64,000 nt of DNA. Source: Proteromonas lacertae (lineage: Eukaryota). The notes under the pieces were generated by a model. That model did not search any database and had not been told where the DNA came from. It saw only the letters and a program-made list of their open reading frames with translations. This document shows, piece by piece, positions 54,150 through 64,000 of the stretch. Made by a program: the position numbers and the translations under genes. The stretch's first letter is position 1. Each line of letters opens with the position of its first letter. The DNA is taken from positions 186,001 to 250,000 of the forward strand of contig NGBS01000875.1 in NCBI GenBank assembly GCA_002245135.1, given 5' to 3'.

Positions 54150-55440
54150 CTATTTCTTTGATTTTGATTTTTTGGATTTCTTTGCTGCTTTCTTTGCCTT
54201 TGCCTTCAATTGAGCAACAATCTTTCTATCTTTATATCCTCTAAACACTTTTTGGAAACCAGTTGCTGCTTTCTCCAATTTCAATTTATAAGCTTCAAAA
54301 TATTCAGCTTTGGCTTTTATTTCAGCTTCCTCTTTTGCAATTCTTTCTTTCTCTTCATCTATCTTCCTAAAGTGATCATCCAACACTTCTAATTCTTTCT
54401 TTTCTTTCTTATGCTGTCTTGATAATTCTTTTATTCTTTTATCCCAATCAGCCATTTCTTTATCATATGTTTCTAATAATTCATCTAATTCCATTCTTAA
54501 TCTTGCTCTAGTTTTCATCAACTGATTCTGCTGATCTCTATACAAATATATTATCTATATATATACTGTAGTGTTTTATTAGTTTTATTCACATCTTTAT
54601 TCACTTTAGATGATTCTTCATTATATTTCCTTAAGAATGCCATATGATCTTCTTCCTGTTTCCTTTTCTGATCTTCGATGAACTTATTTAATGCTGCATT
54701 TCCATCTTCATATTTCCTTTTCACATCACTTAATTGACCTTTCATCATTTCATATTTTCTATCAGAATCTTCAATTTCTTCTTTATATTTTTTCATCTAC
54801 AATATATATATATATAATATTATATACTTTTTGTTCTAATTCCAATTGTAGTGTATGTCTTGCTGCTTCATATTGTTGAACTCTAACTTGTGATGCATTT
54901 TCGTTTTCTCTTTTTTCTCTTTCTACTTGTTCAGACATTGATAAATAATTTAATCGATTGTGAATGTATTGATCTAATGCATATAAAAATACTCCTGATT
55001 GACTGTTTGAAGCTATAAATTATATAAATTAAACACAATTTAAATACGTTTACCATCATTCATTAATATTGATTTAGTATTATCATTTTCATCAGCTAAA
55101 CGAGGAATTAAACGTATATTTTCATCTAAATCAGTCATTAATTGTTTCATTTCATTATCGTCTGATTTACTAGCTTCTACTTGGGCAATTTTATGTTTTA
55201 TTACACCTGCAGCTTCTTCAAGCTATTATTATTATTATTTAACACTCACAAATATACTTTCCACAGATTTTGTAAAGTTTTTAATGCTTCTATACCATCT
55301 TCATATTCCTAGTAGAATAATAACAATTTCTATACTTCTAACCTACTCAACATATCTACATTAAGTGATTCTGGAACACATAGTAGAATTTTTAGTTTCT
55401 GATACGCTTCAACCAATATATATTCTATTTTATCAGCCAT
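54150..55440 (-). CDS. DRC10: Nexin-dynein regulatory complex subunit DRC10 (IQCD)-like
   Basis: N-terminal ILVEAYQKLKILL; coiled coil with ELDELLETYDKEM...HFRKIDEEKERI; IQ-like AATGFQKVFRGYKDRK followed by a Lys-rich tail. Confidence 0.75.
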
Positions 55441-55766
55441 TATAATGCTTTATTTTATAAAAAGAAAAACGCTTTTTCGATAGTTTTTTCGATCACCAAC
55501 AATTTAAAAAACGAATTTTCATAAGATGCAAATATAATAATATCATCAAAATGTTTTTTTTTCAATTTTCTACTTCTTTATTTATATTAAAATTTGAAGA
55601 AAAAAATTGAATCTTAATTATGAACAATTATTTTAGATGGGGAAAAGCATTACGAAAGAATTAGGGCATTCAATCAGTGTTTTAGAATCAAGTCCACAAC
55701 CATCATCATTTAAAAATAAATGTAATTCTTCATAACGCAAAAATGAAACGATATTAATTTTTAAAT

Positions 55767-57171
55767 ATGGAATCTTATTCATATGATGAACATAGGCCTG
55801 TTAAAGAAGTGATGGACTCTTTGGTATCATGAAATAATTTTTATTTTTAGATGGAAGGGCATGATAGAATGAAAGGACGAAAATCTATCAAAACACATGA
55901 ATCGCCATATATATATTTATCTCCCATAAGTAAAGTGGTTGCAGAGGTGTTTTACAGTATGCTATCCATACTATTATTTTTTATAGTGAATAATTTCGAG
56001 GTTAATCTTATATTTTCTAAATTCCTTGATATGTGGAGTAAGAATCCCACTGTACCTTATATCCAACTAACTACATTTGTAACAAAATATAAACTGTACA
56101 CTTTTGGAATTGTGCATAAGTTCTTTGCTGGAGGTATTTTATGTTGTTTTAATTTCATTAATAGGTCGTATATATCACAATCAGTTCTTTCAATTTATCT
56201 GCATCATGGTTTTGTTTGATTATAATCACATTATTTCTTTAATCATTTCAGCTTGTAAGATATATTCAAATGTCCTTATAAACCATATGCAGATAGTTGA
56301 TTTTATGGAAACTATTGATAAAGATAATACTGTAAATTTAGATGAATTTTTTAATTCTAATGAAATCATGAATATACCTGAGTATATATACTATTATTAT
56401 ATTTATTTAATAGTTCAAAATCTTCAGCATATTCTATAAAAGCATTTACTCAATTTATAAGAAACAGTGTTGGATTTCAAGAAAAATTCGTCGAATTACA
56501 GTTTGTATTATTGAAAGACATATTTCCAGCAAAATACCAACAAAGAATATATAGAAGATATCAATTCTATACACTTTGCCGTAAAGGATGTATAGTATCG
56601 AAATCTTCTTCAATATCATCAAAACAACATCAAATCAACAATCTTCAACAAATGCACAGACAAACTCCGTAATTATGGAACATTCAAATGTGAATTTCAC
56701 TTCAACCGATTCAATACCCAAAGAAAACTGCATGGATAGAATAACACGTATATTATTAAATGAGCCAAAGCCATATCATTTCGATTATTGTATATGTGCC
56801 ACTACCAACCCTGATTTCAACAATTCTGATAATTACCTCGATACATTGGTATTATTAATCAAACAAGCATATGGCTATGGTTATAGATCATCAAGAAGTT
56901 CAAAATTTATAGTAAATAGACAAGTTTCAGATAATGCTGTTTTACCTCACTAGCGGTAGGAATTCTCATGTTATTCCATCTGTTTCACATTCACCAGTAT
57001 TATCAGGAGGTAATAGAGTATCTCGAAAACATACAATTGAAAAATTATCAGCTTTACAGCATGGAATTGTGAAGAAACTCAGTAATACGAGAATCTTTTT
57101 CTCCTACAAGTTCTAGAGATCTTCATGCTAGTGCAAGCAGACATCAAATGGGGAATATTGTTTCAAAGTAA
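55767..57171 (+). CDS. Tandem family member A (degenerate EF-hand-like + EPxPYHxDY/YGYGYRSS motifs)
   Basis: ATG 55767; LSPISKVVAEVFY|MNNFEV; NQFFQF; PKENCMDR...EPKPYHFDY...KQAYGYGYRSS; 4 introns; indels in the 3' tail. Confidence 0.8.
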
Positions 57172-57376
57172 GAATTTAAATATAAATGGATATTATTTAT
57201 AATTTATAAGTGAATTAATATAGATTGTATATATATGTAAATATAATTGTTTTTATATAATGATGGTGTTTGTTATTGCTAGTATAAACTCACTTTTAAT
57301 ATATTTTAGTAATCACACAATGTAGAAATCAATATAAAATATTAGAATAAAACTAAGCCGTTATTATTTTTAATAA

Positions 57377-58647
57377 ATGAATAATAATCACTGCTATGAC
57401 AAATTGAAACCACAAGTGGAAGTTTTAGATGATCTTGTATTTTTGTTATTTAATGTATTATAGAGAGAAGGATATGAAATGATGTCTGGTAAGATAAATA
57501 GAAAATCTGTAGATGGACCATATATACCTTTATCTCCTATAAGTAAATTAATAGCAGAAACATTTTATAGTATAAATGTTAGTTTTAATGTTTGCGTTAG
57601 TGAGTAATTATGAAATTAACTTAATACTAGCAAAATTCTTGAAATTATGGAGTAAAGATGCTACAATACCTTATATTAGAGTACTTTCATTGATATCAAC
57701 TTTTAAACTTTATAATTATGGAATTGTTGACAAGTTTTTCCCTGAAGGATGTGCATATGCTAATCAGTTTTTTCAGTTTGTATGTTCAGTATCTTTTTTT
57801 GATTTTCAACAAATGAATCTGTTAATTCTTTCAGAGTGTAAAGTTCATTCAAATTATATAATTACACATGAACAAATAATGGATTTTATGGATGCGTTTG
57901 ACAAAGACCATGACTGTGATTTAACTGTGTTTTTTCATGATTATGTTCTTGATGTTCCTGAGTATAATATTATATATATGTTTAATTTAATGATTCTATA
58001 GTACAAAGAAAATTACTTATTCTTTAAAAGCATTTACATCATATATCAATGAGAATAAAATATTAGAATCCAATTTTAATAAAGTGAAACAAACAATAAG
58101 TAAAGAAATCTTTCCCAAAGAACAAATAGACAAAATATTTATAAGATATGAATTTTATACAAATAAAAACATTAACACTCTTATCATACCCAAAGAATCA
58201 TGTTTAAATAGAATAAAAAGAAAAATCAACAATGAACCTCCACCATACCATTTCGACTATCATATTAATAAAAGTCGATGTGGATATAACAATAACAATA
58301 ATTATATTGATGTATTAGTTTATATGATGAAACAAGCTTATGGTTATGGATATAGATCTTCTAAACTGAAAGTGAATATTCAAAGATCAGATTCTTCAAT
58401 TAACCAATCAAGTGGTTCTAATGTAAATAATAATGCAAATTATGTTCTAAACCATAGTAACAGTAAAATGAATAATAGTGAGAAAAACAATAATATTTTG
58501 TTGAGAAATAGTGCATCTTCGTCATCGAAAGAACGATTGAATGAGAATAAGAGTAGGTTTAATATGAGAAGTAGATCTTTTCTTCCTTCTACGATAAAGA
58601 GTAATAATCTGGGAAGATCGACATCCAAATTTGAACCAAACAAATAA
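57377..58647 (+). CDS. Tandem family member B
   Basis: ATG 57377; same motifs (LSPISKLIAETFY, NQFFQFVC, PKESCL, EPPPYHFDY, KQAYGYGYRSS); lacks intron 3. Confidence 0.85.
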
Positions 58648-58964
58648 TTATATATATTCGAATAGTAAGTAAAAATAGATTTTAATTTATATGTACATTG
58701 CTAAATTTATAATTTTATATTTATACCATTTATTTTTCTTTTGCTTTCAGTGGGTGTGTTGAAATGTGTTGAAATGAGTGTAGATACATTATAAACAAGA
58801 TTGCTAATGTTAAATAACGAATCGTCTTTAAATTTACTTAATTTAAATACTGTATATTACAAACAACAGCATTATAATATAAAGCGGTAGAAATACTAGT
58901 CATTCCTCAAATATGATCATAAAATGTGATATGTTTTTTTATTGTATGTGTAACTGACAAAAAA

Positions 58965-60233
58965 ATGTCTTTTATTGATTATGAGAAATTATCTATAGAT
59001 CAAGCTCTAGGAGATTTAGTATATTTTTATTTTTTATTCACTTAGAGAATAGGCCTTTATCGGCTGAAAGGGAAGCTTCCATCTAAATTCTTGAACACTC
59101 CTCTTGTACCTCTGTCACCCATTAGTGTATTAATAGCTGAAACATTCTTTAGTATAACTATACTTTTTTATATCAATATAGTGAATAATTATGAAGTTAA
59201 TACCATACTAACGAAGTACATTGATATGTGGAGTAAAAATGTAGGTGAACCGTATATTAGACTATCTTCCATTTGTTTCAACCTATAAATTGTATGATCA
59301 AGGCTTTGTAGATGTTTTCTTCCCTGATGGTACATTTATTTATTATAATAACGATAGGACGTATTTATGTAAATCAATTTTTTCAATTTGTGTGTATATT
59401 CTCCCTGTTTGAATACCATCAATTTGCTCAATTGATGATTTCAGCCTGTAAGATACATTCCAACCTCTTAGTAACAAGGCAACAAATACAGAAATACGCT
59501 AAAATATTTGACAGTGGTGATAGAGCAGATTTATCCCAATTTTATGGTGAAAATGAAGTTGATATACCTGAGTATAGATTTTATATATTTATTTGTTTAT
59601 AGTTCAAAATCTAATACCTATTCATTAAAGAATTTTTTAACTTTTGTAAATAATAATATAATATTTCAGTCTAATTTCTTTCAAATGCAAATTGTTATTG
59701 GAAAAGAAATATTCTCATCAAAATATGTTGCTACTATCAGAAACAGGTATAATTACTTCACCATAAGTAAAAGAGTAGCAATTGATGATAGTTATATATA
59801 TGAACATATACCAAAAGAATCATGTGGCAGTAAATTGATGAGATTAATAACAAATGAACCGCAACCTTATTATTATGATTATAGTGTGAATGAAAGAATA
59901 GAATTTATGTCATCTGATAATTATGTTGATACTTTGGTGTTATTAATGAAGCAAGCGTATGGTTATGGATATAGATCCTCCAAAGCTAAGGTTAATATTA
60001 ATAAATCAGAATCTTCTTTTAACCAATCTCAATCTTCTAACTTAAACTCGAGTAATAACAATAGCAATAGAAATGGATCAGTAATGTTTAAGAATAAAGT
60101 GAATAGATATACCAGTAAACAAAAAGGATATAAAAGAAGTAAGTCATTCTTTGCTTCTACTATTAAGAGTGTTGGAATAAGATCAAGCTCTTTTAAAACT
60201 TATAATGAACTTCATGCTTTAAATGTAAAATAG
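58965..60233 (+). CDS. Tandem family member C
   Basis: ATG 58965; LSPISVLIAETFF, NQFFQFVC, PKESCG, EPQPYYYDY, KQAYGYGYRSS; 4 introns; indel at ~59273. Confidence 0.83.
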
Positions 60234-60715
60234 TTATTTAATTGTATAGAGATTTAATTATTTGCTTTTAAAATTATTGTCCTATTATCTATGTGATGTT
60301 CGTTTTGGGTATTTAGTCCTTCAATTATTAATATAATATTACACGTTTTAATTTTGTGGTAGAACAATATATTTGTATTAATAATAGTTTCCAATTGTTT
60401 TTATACTAATTTTCTAGATATAAATAATAAAAACAACTTACAAATATGAAATCTGATAATAATCATTGCCATCTCATATATAATTTTAATATTCAACTTG
60501 TTTATAATATACTTATTTTTTCATACAAACCTAAACTCCATATTCTAATTTACAAGATCACTTAATACTGACTGCTTAATTGAGGTAATATAGTATATAA
60601 ATTCTTTCTATAGATACAGTTATACATTATAATAAGCTATTAAAAAGCGTTTCAAAGTTAATTACATTTTTAAAATTATTTTAATTTTTCAGTTTCACAA
60701 AAAAATGTATTTAAA

Positions 60716-61940
60716 ATGAACCAAACTAGGTTAGATTCAGAATCTGTTATACTAGTATTTTAATTAATTTTATTTTAATATAGAGTAGAGGGTATGATAG
60801 ATTTAGGGGATGGACAGAATCACATGTTCTTGAGAGCTCATATCTTCCTCTCTCACCACTTAGCAAACAAATAGCTGGCACTTTCTTCAGTATAATATTT
60901 TTTAAAATAACGATTAAACAGTGAATAATTATGAAGTGAATATAATTATGAGTAAATATCTTGAATTATGGAGTAGAAACATATTAAATCCTTATATCAC
61001 TCTACCCACATTGATTACAACATTTAATCTATACGATTGTGGATTTGTTGAGAAATTTCTATCAGATAGTATGAATTAATTATTTTATTAATAATACACA
61101 GTAAAAATTAATCACAATCAATTTTTCCAATTTGTTTGCATCCTTATATTTTTAGATTTCGAACAAATTATATCTTTAATGCTGTCTGCATGTAAAGTTT
61201 TATCGAATATATTCATTACATCAGATCAAATCTTGGAATTTGTAAGAATATTCGATAGACAGAGAAGAGTGAGTTTAGATGAATATTTTAGTAAGAATAA
61301 GATAGAAGTATCATCGTATATATTTAATAAAATATAAGTGTAAAATAGAATGAAAAGGCACGCATATTCACTTAAAGAATTCATTGTATTTGTCAAAAAA
61401 GAACCAACCTTCAAATTATCATTTTTAAAAACAAAAGAAATAATTATGAAAGAAATATTCAGTGTAGAGTATGTAATAACAATAACTAATAGATATAAGT
61501 ATATGTATAAAAATAAAGATGGAACTACACCAAGTCTTGCAGATTTTCCTGCCGAATCATGTGTTCATAAATTAAAGAGATTCATCACTAAAGAACCTCC
61601 TCCATACCACTATGATTATTCAATTTCTCATAATAAGGAAGAAGCATCAACACCAACAGTAAAATATGATCCAATTGAATCATTATTGTTGATGATTAAA
61701 CAAGAATATGGTTATGGTTATAGATCTTCTAGAATAAGAACTAATATGACAGATTTGAGTGGTAAATCAGGATTATCATCACATTCTATATGTAATCCAT
61801 CTTGCTCTTCCATTCTAAGATCTAAGACGAGTGATAAATATGAACATAGCTCTTTGAAGAATAGGATGATGTATCAAAAACAACATAATAATAGTGTGTG
61901 TTCATTAAACCAAGGTCATAGAAATAATATAAAAGAATAA
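60716..61940 (+). CDS. Tandem family member D
   Basis: ATG 60716; LSPLSKQIAGTFF|MNNYEV, NQFFQFVC, PAESCV, EPPPYHYDY, KQEYGYGYRSS; 4 introns. Confidence 0.83.
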
Positions 61941-62050
61941 AGATATTTTTGTACAGAAAGATAATTTAATGATTTTATTTAATTATTTAATATTTTTTTA
62001 TGTACTTGTTTTATGTTGGGAATATTTTGTGGTTGATGATCCGTTATCCA

Positions 62051-62210
62051 TCAGGAAATGAGATAATTGAAGAAGAATTAAGATTAGTGGAAGACAATAG
62101 CGAATTTTTATAATGTTTTAGAAGAGTGATCAATTGAAAGAGTATATAGGAAAAACAATATTTAAATGCATTTTAAAACAATTCAATTTGATGAAGTAAT
62201 AAAACTGCAG
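62051..62210 (+). pseudogene. 3' relic (last LRR exon) of the pseudokinase-LRR family
   Basis: SGNEIIEEELRLVEDNSEF..VLEE*SI..KEYIGKT...EVIKL, with frameshifts, aligns by eye to SGNVLNESELRLMKENKEVFDSLEELSITIKESIDKS (copy 1) and KVIKL (copy 2). Confidence 0.65.
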
Positions 62211-62660
62211 TTGTATTTTTCTTATAAACAACGAGATCTTTCTTAAATACAGAATATTTTTAATGGGATTAATCAAAACGACTATATCATCGTGTTAATG
62301 CAAATAATATTTAAATCATATACAATTTTAATGCTTAATTTCATGCGGATATTGGTATATAGATGATTAACGTTTGCCAAAGAAGGCGTTATAACAGTTA
62401 ATTAGCTTTAAATAAAATAGAAGATTTAAAAGGTTATGTTTCACCTTAATTGCAATTTGTAATACACTCTGATACCATTAGTATCTATATTTTCCTACTT
62501 ATCAAGTATTTATTTAGTATCCTATTAGCTGCTTATTAATCATGTACTATTAACATAATCTTATCAGCAAGGTAGTATTACTCACATTTAGATGCAATAA
62601 TTACATAAAAAAATTAGTGTGTGTAAGTTGGTTTTTTTCGTTGAAGTACCCCAAAAGACT

Positions 62661-63997
62661 ATGAATCAAGCATTTGATGATTTTTCTTCTGCAGAAGAAT
62701 GCTTATCGTTACTTGTATAACTCACGTTTTATAAAAATAGAGGAAAGGGTTTGATAGGATGAGAGGAAGAACACCTTCAAATAAATCAGCAAGTCCTTAC
62801 ATGCCGCTTGCTCACACAAGTCAGTTGATAGCTGAAACATTTTATAGTATTTTTTTATTGTTACAGTTTTTTACTCTAGTGAACTATTATGAAGTTAATA
62901 TAATCGAAGAGAAATACCTTGATTTATGGAGTAAAAATTGCACACTTCATTTTGTGCAGCTGTCTACTATCGTCAGTGTATTCAAACTATTCAGTTTCGG
63001 ATTTGTAGACAAATTTTTCCCTACTAGTATATATAAAAATGAAAATCTATATATTTGTGCAGATCGTATAACATACAATCAATTCTTCCAGTTCGTCTGT
63101 GTAATGTCATTGTTTGATTTTCAACAAATTGTTTCATTAATGATTGGAATTTGTAGAATACAATCAAATGTAATGATAACTCATGACCAAGTAATTGAAG
63201 TGGTAAGAGTGTTTGATAAAGATAGGTTAGTTAATTTAGATGATTTCTTTACTGAAAATTTAATCAGTGTTCCTGAGTATATATATAATATACATATATA
63301 TATAATATTATTTATTAGTATAAAAAGGAAGACTTATTCATTGAAAGGTTTTATTAATTTTTTAAATAACACTGAATTACTTCAAAAGAATTTCATCAAA
63401 TTACAAAACTCATTAGTTTCACAAATACTAACTGAGAGACATAAAAATATAATATTAAATAGATTTCAATTTTATACATTATGTAAAAGAGGAACTCTAA
63501 CCAATCAATTTATACCAAAAGAATCATGTTTAAGTTCATTCAGTCGAAGGTTTACTGGTGAACCACCTCCCTATCATTATGATTATATATTATCCAATAC
63601 AAAAGCAGAATTTCTATATACAGAGAATAATATTGACGTATTGGTGTTATTAATAAAACAGAATTATGGATATGGAAATAGAGCTTCAAGGTCATCCAAA
63701 GCGTTAAAGACAACAATGAATAATTCAACTAGATCATCTTCTTATGCTGAATGTTCTAGTAATAAGAATTCATATATTAATAATTCTACTTTAATTTCTC
63801 CAAGTTTATCTCAATCTCCATTACTAGATCATTCATTATTGAAGAATAAAATGAATGGAAGAAGACAGAAATTTATGTCAATTCATTCTATTAAGATTGT
63901 TAATGCATGCCATACACCTTGTTCACAAAATCATACTCTTTATCCATCTCCTAGTGTTTCACCTAAACCAGAAAATTATACAAATAAAATTACTTAA
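62661..63997 (+). CDS. Tandem family member E
   Basis: ATG 62661; IAETFY|MNYYEV, NQFFQFVC, PKESCL, EPPPYHYDY, KQNYGYGNR; 4 introns, three of which read through in frame. Confidence 0.85.
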
Positions 63998-64000
63998 AAA

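Noticed and set aside
1..64000. Alternative genetic code (stop-codon reassignment)
   Set aside because: In-frame stops are explained by short introns or indels, and TAA, TAG and TGA all end genes normally.
1..64000. tRNA, rRNA, transposase or reverse-transcriptase sequences
   Set aside because: None recognised by eye; small ncRNAs in the longer spacers (60234-60715, 62293-62660) cannot be excluded without covariance searches.

Overview
Very AT-rich, gene-dense nuclear DNA from a eukaryotic protist. Genes carry many ~25-55 nt GT-AG introns, and several divergent gene pairs are only 56-110 nt apart. The tiny introns, T/GT-rich 3' elements and a giant He_PIG/PA14/Cys-repeat surface protein point to the Blastocystis/Proteromonas (Opalozoa, Stramenopiles) lineage; this is inference, with no rRNA or other marker here. 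I reconstructed about 33 protein-coding genes by hand-splicing. Housekeeping genes: eIF4B-like, organellar-type LysRS, DHX35, GDP-mannose pyrophosphorylase, TTC1, TatD, PIG-B, La, class II PRPP synthetase, MAPK, SKI2, cyclin M/Q-like, NIT2 and a TIS11-like CCCH protein. Main points of interest: (1) four motile-flagellum-type genes (Dpy-30/GAF RSP2-like, CCDC81, ODA docking-complex-like, DRC10/IQCD); (2) a dispersed, fast-evolving pseudokinase + RI-type LRR family with three full copies and two decayed relics; (3) a five-copy tandem array, plus one dispersed member, of an unrecognised degenerate EF-hand-like family; (4) a clear U12-type AT-AC intron in La and a second, non-canonical U12-like intron in PRS; (5) a stand-alone DIX-like protein and a degenerate Hsp70-NBD-like protein. 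Many single-base indels break conserved genes, most likely long-read consensus errors. All gene calls come from motif recognition, with no database searches, and exon boundaries were inferred by eye.
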